Source: Chloroflexota bacterium (GTDB lineage: Bacteria; Chloroflexota; Dehalococcoidia; Lucifugimonadales; Lucifugimonadaceae). Taken from it: DNA of 64,000 bases. Below, piece by piece: positions 56,331 through 64,000 of the stretch. Within the stretch, counting starts at the first letter, position 1; each line of letters starts with the position of its first letter. The notes under the pieces are model-generated. The model was not told the DNA's origin and did no database searches. It was given only the letters and a program-made list of their open reading frames with translations. A program made the position numbers and the translations under genes. The stretch is taken from positions 8,529 to 72,528 of the forward strand of contig JACZRO010000002.1 in the NCBI GenBank assembly GCA_022574675.1. Direction: 5' to 3'.

Positions 56331-56393
56331 TTCGAGGACGGAGCGCCGACCGGCGTCAGGGGTGGCCGGGTGGTGCGGTCCGAGGACGGCTAG
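56331..56393 (+). pseudogene. Relic copy of the D-aminoacylase 3' end (direct repeat of 53194..53256)
   Basis: 52/63 nt identical by hand alignment. Encodes FEDGAPTGVRGGRVVRSEDG* versus LEDGSPTGVRAGRVVRSADG* at the real gene end. Confidence 0.55.
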
Positions 56394-56977
56394 TCCGCGA
56401 GCTTCGACCAGGTCTCGGCCCAGGCCAGGACGGCGCTGCTGGTGGGCCGGCCGAAGCGATTCTCTTCGTACGGCTCGCCGGCCGCAAAGTCGCCGTCGAC
56501 GGTGATCCTCGCCTCACGCGCCTGCACGAAGGTCGTCCACGCGCTCAACGGTATCTGGCCTTCACCCCTGCCGCCCGGCATGTGCATCACAAAGGCGGGC
56601 TGAAGGTCGGTCCATGTCAGCGAGAACTCCTCGGCGTCTGAGGTGACGAACTCGGTCGAGTACGAGCGGGCGTCGCCCTCGCGAAGAAACTCGGCATCGC
56701 GGACCGGCAGGGATGTATCGGCGTGGCGCGGGTACAGAAACCCCTGGATATTGACCTGCAGGAAGCGTGCGAGGGCGATGTTGTCGCTGTAGACGCGCGC
56801 CTCGCCCCCGGTCATCTCGCCTTCGTAGAACAGAACGTGGCCGGGTCCGGCGGGGGTCCACAGCACACGCCAGTGGCTCGCGCGCTCCGTGATCGTCTCG
56901 CCGCCGTCGCGGCTGAGCCTGATGAACGAGTTCTCGCCGACGAGGATAACTTCGCCGTTATCGATGATGGGAGGCAT
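56390..56977 (-). CDS. Hypothetical protein (195 aa)
   Basis: Protein-like ORF. No family recognised. Confidence 0.5.
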   Translation of the reverse strand: MPPIIDNGEVILVGENSFIRLSRDGGETITERASHWRVLWTPAGPGHVLFYEGEMTGGEARVYSDNIALARFLQVNIQGFLYPRHADTSLPVRDAEFLREGDARSYSTEFVTSDAEEFSLTWTDLQPAFVMHMPGGRGEGQIPLSAWTTFVQAREARITVDGDFAAGEPYEENRFGRPTSSAVLAWAETWSKLAD

Positions 56978-57159
56978 GAACTATCTCCAGATCGCCCGCC
57001 TTCAGGCGTGCTGATCCTTCCGCAGACCTTCCCCGGAAGGACGATTCGACTCCCGTCGGCAGTTGCCGGTCGGAGCGGGCGGACCGATGATGGATATCGA
57101 TGTCGATCGGGCCGTATCTTAGCTGCCTGATGTAACAGCCAACGCCGGGAGGATTATCA

Positions 57160-57480
57160 ATGGATGAAGGGTTCGAGCGAGTTGCGGCGCTTTCCGATCT
57201 CCTGGATGGGGATCTCATGGCCGTGGATGTGCAGGGTGAGAGCATCCTGCTGGCCAATGTGGACGGACAGGTCTATGCGATTTCCGAGACCTGTTCGCAC
57301 GAAGGGGCTCCACTGTCTGAGGGTTACCTGCTCGACGGAACCTGCCTTGAGTGTCCCTGGCATGCCGGGCATTTCGATCTCACCGATGGGTCGGTGCTCG
57401 AAGCGCCCCCCATCGTCGACCTCACGGCGTACGCGGTACAGGTCGATGGCGACGACATCTACGTCGGCCCCGCCCTGTAA
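57160..57480 (+). CDS. Rieske [2Fe-2S] ferredoxin-type protein
   Basis: CSHEG...(17)...CPWHAG. Confidence 0.85.
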   Translation: MDEGFERVAALSDLLDGDLMAVDVQGESILLANVDGQVYAISETCSHEGAPLSEGYLLDGTCLECPWHAGHFDLTDGSVLEAPPIVDLTAYAVQVDGDDIYVGPAL

Positions 57481-57534
57481 CCATTTTTAACCGCTTGCAG
57501 CGAGCGATCGAGTCCACATTCTAAAAGGCCGGCA

Positions 57535-58716
57535 TTGACTTACGACCTGGTGATCAAGAACGGGACCGTGATCGACCCGTCGCAGGACCTGCACGCGCGG
57601 CGCGACGTCGCCATTGCCGGCGGGCGGATCGTGGCGGTAGATGAGCATGTCTCGGACAACGACACCCACGACGTCATAGAGGCGGACGGCCTGCTCGTGC
57701 TCCCGGGTCTCGTGGACCTCCACGTGCACGTGTGGTGGGGCGTCGCGCACCTTGCCATCGAGGCCGACGCCCATTCACTGTCGCGCGGCGCAACGACGAT
57801 CGTGGACGCCGGGTCGGCGGGCGCCAACACGATAGCCGGGTTCCGCCGCTACGTGATCGACCAGGTGGATGCGAGGACCCTCGCCTTCCTCCACATATCG
57901 GGCATGGGCCAGCTCGATCAGGAGATCGGAGAACTGGAGGACATCCGCTGGGCGCGCGTCGATAAGGCGGTCGAGGCGGCGAAGATGCATCCGGACGTCA
58001 TCGTCGGCGTCAAGGTTCGGCTGACGGAGGGGATCGTCGGCAAGAACGACCTGGTCGCGCTTGACCGGGCGATCGAAGCCGCCGGGTACCTGGACAAGCC
58101 CGTAATGATCCACATCGGCGGAACGCACCACGACCTGGAGGAGATACTCGGCCGGCTGCGCCCCGGCGACATCGTCACGCACAGCTTCACGGCCAACCCG
58201 CCGGGCATCATCACCGACGCCGGCGCGGTCCTCCCCGCCGCGCTGGAGGCGCGCGCCCGCGGCGTGAACTTTGACGTGGGACACGGAGCGGGCAGCTTCA
58301 GCTTCCGCGTGGCCGAGGCGGCGCTTGAACACGGGTTCACGCCGGCCACGGTCTCGAGCGATGTCCATCGTTACAACGTTCGCGGCCCGGTGTACGACCT
58401 GGCGACGACGCTCTCCAAGTTCCTCCATCTCGGCCTCTCGCTCGACGAAGTCGTCCGGCTCGCCACTTCGGCCCCGGCGAGCGCTGTCGGGCGCGGCGAC
58501 CAGTTCGGGACGCTCAGGGTCGGCGTCGAGGCGGACGTGAGCGTCATGCGGCTTGAAGAGGGCGCGTTCAGGTTCACCGACGCCCCGGGCGACGTGCGTA
58601 TCGGCGACAGGCTGCTCACCCCGGTCGTTACGTTGCGCGCCGGTCGGCGGCATGCGCCGACACACGGCGCCCACCCCGATCTACTGACCCAGCATCCACA
58701 TCAATCTCCCGCATGA
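57535..58716 (+). CDS. Amidohydrolase/deacetylase-family metallohydrolase
   Basis: LVIKNGTVIDP..., PGLVDLHVHVW. TTG start. Confidence 0.8.
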   Translation: MTYDLVIKNGTVIDPSQDLHARRDVAIAGGRIVAVDEHVSDNDTHDVIEADGLLVLPGLVDLHVHVWWGVAHLAIEADAHSLSRGATTIVDAGSAGANTIAGFRRYVIDQVDARTLAFLHISGMGQLDQEIGELEDIRWARVDKAVEAAKMHPDVIVGVKVRLTEGIVGKNDLVALDRAIEAAGYLDKPVMIHIGGTHHDLEEILGRLRPGDIVTHSFTANPPGIITDAGAVLPAALEARARGVNFDVGHGAGSFSFRVAEAALEHGFTPATVSSDVHRYNVRGPVYDLATTLSKFLHLGLSLDEVVRLATSAPASAVGRGDQFGTLRVGVEADVSVMRLEEGAFRFTDAPGDVRIGDRLLTPVVTLRAGRRHAPTHGAHPDLLTQHPHQSPA

Positions 58717-59477
58717 CGCTTTCTACCCAGGAACGCACGGGTCCGGGCGATCAAGCCGCGACCGGCGTCGTCGCTATCGAAGCGACTCGCCTGGAGAAGT
58801 CGTTCGGGAACGCTGCCGTGTTGCGCGGCCTTGACATGAAGGTCCGGGACGGCGAGGTGGTGGCCATCTTCGGCGCCAACGGCGCAGGTAAAACCACCCT
58901 GCTGCGGATCCTTGCGACCCTCACGAGGCCTGACCACGGCACGGTATCGATCTACGGCAACGACCTGGCGCGCGAGGCGGAGAGGGCCCGTCTCTCACTG
59001 GGCGCCGTCCTCCACTCGCCGATGCTCTACGGCGACATGACCGTGGAAGAGAACCTGAAGTTTTTCGGCCGGATGTTCCGCGTCCCGGGGCTGAGCGCGC
59101 GCGTCCTTGAGATCGCAGACCGGATGGGACTCACGCCGCGGTTGGACCAGCGCGTGCGTGAGCTGTCCCACGGATACCGGAAGCGAGCCGCGCTGGCCCG
59201 GGCGCTTCTGCACCGGCCCAGAGTCCTTCTACTCGACGAGGCCGAAACCGGGCTCGACGAGCCGGCGCGGCAGGTCCTCGACAGTGTGATCGCCGAGCAC
59301 CGCGCCGCCGGACACGCTGTCGTGATGACCACCCACTCCGTGGAAAGAGGGATCGCCGCGTCGGACCGCGTACTCGTGCTCGCGGGTGGGCGCTTTGCTC
59401 TGGACGAGCCGTCCTCCAGTGTGACGCTCACCGACGTCACCCGTTTTTACATTGAGCCCGAGCCAGGGGACGCCTGA
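58713..59477 (+). CDS. ccmA: ABC transporter ATP-binding protein, probable heme exporter CcmA
   Basis: Walker A GANGAGKTTLL, signature LSHGYRKR, Walker B LLLDEA. Lies directly upstream of ccmB/C. Confidence 0.8.
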   Translation: MTLSTQERTGPGDQAATGVVAIEATRLEKSFGNAAVLRGLDMKVRDGEVVAIFGANGAGKTTLLRILATLTRPDHGTVSIYGNDLAREAERARLSLGAVLHSPMLYGDMTVEENLKFFGRMFRVPGLSARVLEIADRMGLTPRLDQRVRELSHGYRKRAALARALLHRPRVLLLDEAETGLDEPARQVLDSVIAEHRAAGHAVVMTTHSVERGIAASDRVLVLAGGRFALDEPSSSVTLTDVTRFYIEPEPGDA

Positions 59478-60151
59478 TGGGCGCTGCGCTGGCGACGGTC
59501 TGGACCCTGGCGCGGAAGGATCTGCTGCTGGAGCTGCGCTCGCGGGACATCGTTCTCGCGATAGTGGTGTTCGCCCTCCTCGTGATCACCATCTTCACGT
59601 TCGCCATCGAACTCACGCCGTCCCGTTCCAGGGATGTCGGCCCGGGCGTCCTGTGGGCGGCCGTGGCGTTTGCCGGGGTGCTTGGCATCAACCGGTCGTT
59701 CGCCATGGAAGCGGAAGGGGACACGCTGGACGGGTTGATGCTGACGCCGGTCAGCCGGGAGCTGATCTTCTTCGGCAAGTCTCTCGCCAATTTCATCTTC
59801 ATTACCGTCGCGGAGATAGTGATCTTCCCAGTGTTCGAGGCGCTGTTCAACATCAACGTGCTGCGGATCGAGACGATCGTGATCGCGTTGCTCGCGAGCA
59901 TCGGCTTCTCCGCCGTGGGGACGGCGTTCGCCGCCGTTTCTGTAAGGGTCCGATCGCGCGAGATCATGCTGCCCTTATTGTTCTTGCCGACGGTCATTCC
60001 GCTGATAATGGCCGCTGTAGAGTCGACGTCCGTGGTCGTCAACGGCGGGAGCTGGTCGGGCTTTAGCGCGTGGTTGCAACTGGCGATCGCGTTCGACGTG
60101 ATCTTCGTCATCGCCTCGGCCGTGCTTTTCCAGTTCGTACTGGAGGAGTGA
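59477..60151 (+). CDS. ccmB: Heme exporter protein CcmB
   Basis: Six-TM protein with a CcmB-like N-terminus (LARKDLLLELRSRD...) and ...EAEGDTLDGLMLTP... Confidence 0.8.
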   Translation: MGAALATVWTLARKDLLLELRSRDIVLAIVVFALLVITIFTFAIELTPSRSRDVGPGVLWAAVAFAGVLGINRSFAMEAEGDTLDGLMLTPVSRELIFFGKSLANFIFITVAEIVIFPVFEALFNINVLRIETIVIALLASIGFSAVGTAFAAVSVRVRSREIMLPLLFLPTVIPLIMAAVESTSVVVNGGSWSGFSAWLQLAIAFDVIFVIASAVLFQFVLEE

Positions 60152-60292
60152 TCACAGGCTGGATCGTCCTGAAAATCCCGGATTCCCGGGTGCCCGCGCG
60201 GTAGATTCTCACCGAAAATCGATAGCGTGAAGTCGCGCTCGTGATAGACTGCACACAGTCTCAGCCAGTGCACGGCGGAGCAAAATCAAGCG

Positions 60293-61060
60293 ATGGTCGC
60301 CGTTCCTAAAATACGTTTGATCTGGCTCGGGCTAACCGCAGCCCTCATGGCCCTGACGCTCTGGATGATATTTATCTGGGTGCCGACCGAGGTTAACCAG
60401 GGCAACATCCAGCGATCCCTGTACTTCCATGTCCCGGTGGCGTGGACCGCGATGGTCGCGATCGTCCTGGTCGCGTTCGCGAGCGTCGCCTACTTGAAGA
60501 CGCGCAGCGAGAAGTGGGACCGCCTCGCGGTCGCCGCCGCCGAGACCGGCGTGATCTTCGCCGGATTGATGCTCATCACAGGGATGGTCTGGGCGAAACC
60601 CGTCTGGGGCGTCTGGTGGACCGGCGAGGCAAAGCTCACCACCACGCTGATCCTGTTCTTCATCTACGTTGCGTACCTGATGTTCCGGGCCTACTTTCCG
60701 CCGGGCGAACAGCGACGGAGGCTGGCTGCGGTCATTGGACTGATGGGAGCGATCGACACGCCGATCATCTACTACGGGGCGCAACTGTGGGAGCGCGCTC
60801 ACCCATCAGCGGTGGTCGGCCCGCTCTCGGATTCGGATAGCAGCGTCGACGGGCCGATCGGGATCACCCTCATCGTGGCCGTGGTGGCGTTCTCTGTCCT
60901 GTTTGCTTACGTAGCCAGCGAAAGGTATCGGCTGCGCAAACAGGAGGACGAGGTGATGGAACTCAGGCGGGCCGTATCTCTGCGACCAGCCCTTGCGATC
61001 TCGTCATCGCTGGAGACGACAGAATCAACGGCCAGCGCCCCGGCCGGAGGCGCCTACTAA
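60293..61060 (+). CDS. ccmC: Heme exporter/heme lyase subunit CcmC
   Basis: YFHVPVAW and Trp-rich motif WAKPVWGVWWTGEAKLTT. Confidence 0.85.
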   Translation: MVAVPKIRLIWLGLTAALMALTLWMIFIWVPTEVNQGNIQRSLYFHVPVAWTAMVAIVLVAFASVAYLKTRSEKWDRLAVAAAETGVIFAGLMLITGMVWAKPVWGVWWTGEAKLTTTLILFFIYVAYLMFRAYFPPGEQRRRLAAVIGLMGAIDTPIIYYGAQLWERAHPSAVVGPLSDSDSSVDGPIGITLIVAVVAFSVLFAYVASERYRLRKQEDEVMELRRAVSLRPALAISSSLETTESTASAPAGGAY

Positions 61061-61618
61061 ATGCGCAAGCGCATCATCCCGCTTCTCATCGCGATCGTCC
61101 TGCTCGCCATCCCCGGCGTTGCGCTGGCACAATCCCCCGACGCGGCGTCGAAGGCCTCCGACGGCAACACCAGCGGGGTGATTACGGTGATTCGGGTCGA
61201 CCAGGACACAAACCTGGTCGGGTTCGTACTATCCACTAAGGATGGCGAACTGGTCGAGATCGCGGTGGGCGATGCGACAAGCTTCGGCCTTGAGAACGCT
61301 GCGGGAGACCGTTGGGTAGCGGAGCTCGGTGGAGACCCGTCTGAAGCGCTTTTACGTATTCGTGATCAGAGAGAGCGGTTCTCTCCCGTTACGGTCACCG
61401 TCGTGGACGGCGTCGCGAGCGCCGTTGTCAGCCGTGAGCAGGGCGATCTCGAACAGAACCTCGGATTCCTGTTCGCCATATATCTGGTGACGTGGGCGGG
61501 GTTCTTCGTCTACATATTTATCGTGTCTCGCCGGCAGCACGACCTCGCGCGAGAGATTCAGGTCCTCAAGGGCCAGGTCTTCGGCGTGGACGCGTCTGAA
61601 GCCAGTCAGGCGGGGTAG
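61061..61618 (+). CDS. Secreted-domain protein fused to a CcmD-like C-terminal TM segment
   Basis: Signal peptide MRKRIIPLLIAIVLLAIPGVALA. C-terminal LGFLFAIYLVTWAGFFVYIFIVSRRQHDLAREIQVLK resembles CcmD. Lies between ccmC and ccmE. Confidence 0.5.
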   Translation: MRKRIIPLLIAIVLLAIPGVALAQSPDAASKASDGNTSGVITVIRVDQDTNLVGFVLSTKDGELVEIAVGDATSFGLENAAGDRWVAELGGDPSEALLRIRDQRERFSPVTVTVVDGVASAVVSREQGDLEQNLGFLFAIYLVTWAGFFVYIFIVSRRQHDLAREIQVLKGQVFGVDASEASQAG

Positions 61619-61628
61619 AAGGCCCAGA

Positions 61629-62165
61629 ATGAACAAGTACGACGACCCGATCTCAGATGGGCAGCCGGAGAACCGGCCGCAGGAAGTTGCAGCGACAGCT
61701 ACAACGTTATTCACGCCTCGGGTGAAAGTGGCGGTGGCGCTCGCGTTATTCGTGGGAGCGCTCGGCTATTTCGTGTTCACGACGTTCGACAGCGCGACCG
61801 TTTACTACATGTCTGTATCCGAGATCGAGGCCGGCGGCCCGACAGAGCCCGGCAAGTTCATCCGTCTCACCGGGACGCTGGTCGAGGAGTCGTTCGTCCG
61901 GCAGCCCAACGGCCTGGACGCCCGGTTTGAAATCCGTGACGAGGCCGGCGATATCCTTGGCGTGAACTACAGCGGCGAGATCGGGCAGGTATTTTTCAAC
62001 CCGCACTCGACGATCGACCTGGAGGGCCGGTATACGGACCAGGGCGTATTTGTGACAGAGCAACTGGTGATCAAATGCCCGTCGAAGTTCCTTACCGAAG
62101 CGGAACGGGATGAGCTTGAAGGGGGGACCGGAGCGGCGCCGTACCAGGTGGTGATCGACGCCTAG
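61629..62165 (+). CDS. ccmE: Cytochrome c maturation heme chaperone CcmE, Cys-type variant
   Basis: TM anchor plus OB-fold (FIRLTGTLVEESF...) and LVIKCPSKF in place of the canonical HxxxY heme-binding motif. Confidence 0.8.
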   Translation: MNKYDDPISDGQPENRPQEVAATATTLFTPRVKVAVALALFVGALGYFVFTTFDSATVYYMSVSEIEAGGPTEPGKFIRLTGTLVEESFVRQPNGLDARFEIRDEAGDILGVNYSGEIGQVFFNPHSTIDLEGRYTDQGVFVTEQLVIKCPSKFLTEAERDELEGGTGAAPYQVVIDA

Positions 62166-62224
62166 ATATATGTGCGTGGGCCAGCGTGACGGACCCCGCG
62201 GCGCTATATATACTCCAGACTCTT

Positions 62225-62914
62225 ATGACTGAAGGCCTGACACTCGCTGACCTGGTCCTCGCGGCCAGCGTCGCGTTCTTCCTCGGATCCATCCCGACTG
62301 CGTGGTTGGTCGCCCGATCACGCGGGGTCAGGATTTTCGCCGTCGGAACGCACCAGGCCGGTGCGACAAATGTTTACCACGAGGTCGGGCGCGCCGCCGC
62401 TGTATTTGTCGGTCTCGTGGACGCCGCCAAGGGCGGGCTGGCGATCATGATCGCCGTCTGGGCCGGGTTGGAGGGAAGCTGGCTGCTGCTGCCTGCGGTG
62501 GCAGCGATCATGGGGCACTGGAACTCACCGATGACGCGGTTCCGAGGCGGGGACGGCGTGGCGACGGCGGTCGGCGTGATGATCACCATTTCACCTGTGG
62601 GGACGGTCGTGCCGATACTGGTGGGCGGGCTCGTGGCTACGGCTCTCAAGAACCGCGTCGCCCATCCGTCTGCCTGGGGAGGAATCGCCGGGTTCGCGAC
62701 ACTGAACGTCCTCGCCGCGGTTACCGGCACTGGAATGAGCGCTGCGACCGTGGCAGGTATGACGCTCATAGCGGCGTCAATCTTCCTGCACAGCTACGTT
62801 TACCATCGCCGGCAGCCCGACGCGTACCGGATCGATGTCCTAGATGAAGTCCTGGACAGCGATCACCAGGATGCGCAGATACCCCGGACGCCGGGACCAC
62901 AGGCCCCCGCCTGA
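62225..62914 (+). CDS. plsY: Glycerol-3-phosphate acyltransferase PlsY
   Basis: FFLGSIPTAWLV, GATNVYH, DAAKGGLA, GHWNSPMTRFRGGDGVAT. The ORF opens at GTG 62186. Confidence 0.8.
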   Translation: MTEGLTLADLVLAASVAFFLGSIPTAWLVARSRGVRIFAVGTHQAGATNVYHEVGRAAAVFVGLVDAAKGGLAIMIAVWAGLEGSWLLLPAVAAIMGHWNSPMTRFRGGDGVATAVGVMITISPVGTVVPILVGGLVATALKNRVAHPSAWGGIAGFATLNVLAAVTGTGMSAATVAGMTLIAASIFLHSYVYHRRQPDAYRIDVLDEVLDSDHQDAQIPRTPGPQAPA

Positions 62915-62962
62915 CCCGGGGACCTGCGACGGCGCGATCGCGATCGGGCTTCCCCTGGACCT

Positions 62963-63253
62963 TTACTTATGGCGTGTTATCCCGCGGACCCGTTCCATCG
63001 TGGCCTCCGGAACGTCGATCTCCGGTGTCGCACGCAGGAGCCCGACCGTCATCGCCAGAGACTTAAGCCAGCCGTCACAATCACGGCACAGGCCCAGGTG
63101 TTCCATGATCCGAGACTGGATCTCTTCCTCGCACTCACCGTCGATGTAGTCAGATCCGCTCGCTCGCACTTCTTCGCAAGGGACGCCGTCACCGGAATCC
63201 GAGCCGCTCCCCCTGCGGCGGAACCTGGAGAACCAAGAACCGCTTGATGTCAT
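62963..63253 (-). CDS. Putative zinc-finger (zf-HC2) anti-sigma factor-like protein
   Basis: C-x(n)-HLGLCRDC pattern (H-x3-C-x2-C). Divergent from the ECF sigma gene. Confidence 0.55.
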   Translation of the reverse strand: MTSSGSWFSRFRRRGSGSDSGDGVPCEEVRASGSDYIDGECEEEIQSRIMEHLGLCRDCDGWLKSLAMTVGLLRATPEIDVPEATMERVRGITRHK

Positions 63254-63512
63254 GGAATACTTTCTCCGCGGGCCGTCTCAACGAACCCTTGATACGTGCC
63301 GATGCGGACGACCCGAAATCTCACAGGGTCCGCGTTACCGACGGGTAATGTACAAGATAAGATGCTACGGCTGACCATACAGATTCACCAGCGCGGCGCG
63401 CCCCTGATATTTTAGGGGGCCCACCCGATTACCGGACATAACCCCACGGGAACCGATCGACCTTCGGCCACCACGATCACCAGATCACCTTAAGTCCACT
63501 ATCACCCGACGT

Positions 63513-64000
63513 ATGACCGAAGAAGATTTCGCTGAAGTAGTCGAGAATTACACCAGTTTCGTCTACAACGTCGCCTACCGGATGATGAACTCGCCGGACG
63601 ACGCGGACGATGTCGTGCAGGACGCGTTCATCTCCGCTTACAGGGCCAAGGACCGATTCCGCGGTGACGCCCAGGTTACGACGTGGTTGTATCGAATTAC
63701 CGTGAACGCGGCGCTAATGCGCATCCGGAAGGACAAACGCCGGATACAGATGACCGCGCCCGAAGACTCGTACCTGGAACGCAACGTCGCAAACTGGGAA
63801 GACACACCTGACAAAGCCGCCCTGAACTCGGAGTTGAGCCGGGAGATCAAAAGCAAGATCGCCCTCCTCCCCGAAGATCTGCGCACGGCGGTCGTGCTCC
63901 GGGACGTGCAGGGGTTGTCGAACACCGAAGCCTCCGAAATCCTGGACATCTCTATCTCCGCACTGAAGGCACGGTTGCACCGCGGCCGCGTCTCACTGCG
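63513..64000 (+). CDS. ECF-type RNA polymerase sigma-70 family factor (3' end outside the window)
   Basis: Region 2 DDVVQDAFISAYRAKDRFRGDAQVTTWLYRITVNAALMRIRK and region 4 LPEDLRTAVVLRDVQGLSNTEASEILDISISALKARLHRGR. Confidence 0.9.
   Translation, partial: MTEEDFAEVVENYTSFVYNVAYRMMNSPDDADDVVQDAFISAYRAKDRFRGDAQVTTWLYRITVNAALMRIRKDKRRIQMTAPEDSYLERNVANWEDTPDKAALNSELSREIKSKIALLPEDLRTAVVLRDVQGLSNTEASEILDISISALKARLHRGRVSL

Noticed and set aside
57775-58674. 299-aa minus-strand ORF.
   Set aside because: It is antisense to the amidohydrolase gene 57535..58716 and has an Arg/Asp/Val-rich shadow composition.

Overview
This is a high-GC bacterial chromosomal window, about 90% coding. A Chloroflexota-like origin is only a guess, based on the Cheo-type LexA box and a variant System I ccm cluster. 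Most of it is housekeeping. On the minus strand there is the conserved block rpsB-tsf-pyrH-frr-uppS-cdsA-dxr-rseP-ispG-proS (37.5-48.5 kb), then nusA-ylxR-infB (28.1-32.1 kb) and thrB-lysC (17.6-19.8 kb). Other recognisable genes are recF, apt, tRNA-Pro(CGG), a 7TM-GAF-GAF histidine kinase and ccmABC-(D)-E with plsY, plus many hydrolases and oxidoreductases. The main result is that four genes contain five in-frame TGA codons, and each TGA sits on a cysteine position of a redox or metal-binding motif. Each is followed 9-14 nt downstream by a hairpin with a G-containing loop, which resembles a bacterial SECIS element. These are candidate selenoproteins. Three of them are consecutive genes in a compact six-gene minus-strand operon at 53.3-56.2 kb: ArsR regulator, MerB organomercurial lyase, a small membrane peptide with a vicinal Cys pair, a TlpA-like thioredoxin-fold protein (U-x-x-C), a rhodanese-CBS protein (U-x4-U) and a GDCCVxC-type small protein. 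This 3.1 kb block is bracketed by an imperfect direct repeat of the 3' end of the neighbouring D-aminoacylase gene, so it looks like an inserted island. The fourth candidate is a DUF3179 protein at 6.0-7.2 kb (CPLC read as UPLC). Other points of note: an orphan LexA box inside a near-consensus promoter within a 1.2 kb non-coding stretch; two families of interspersed palindromic repeats, including a 98-nt composite element present twice; a promoter-plus-terminator leader in front of nusA with no rimP; long low-complexity C-terminal extensions on S2 and NusA; internal repeats in RseP; and a Cys-type CcmE with CPSKF. Everything was read by eye from the sequence and the ORF track. No database search was run, so family assignments rest on remembered motifs.
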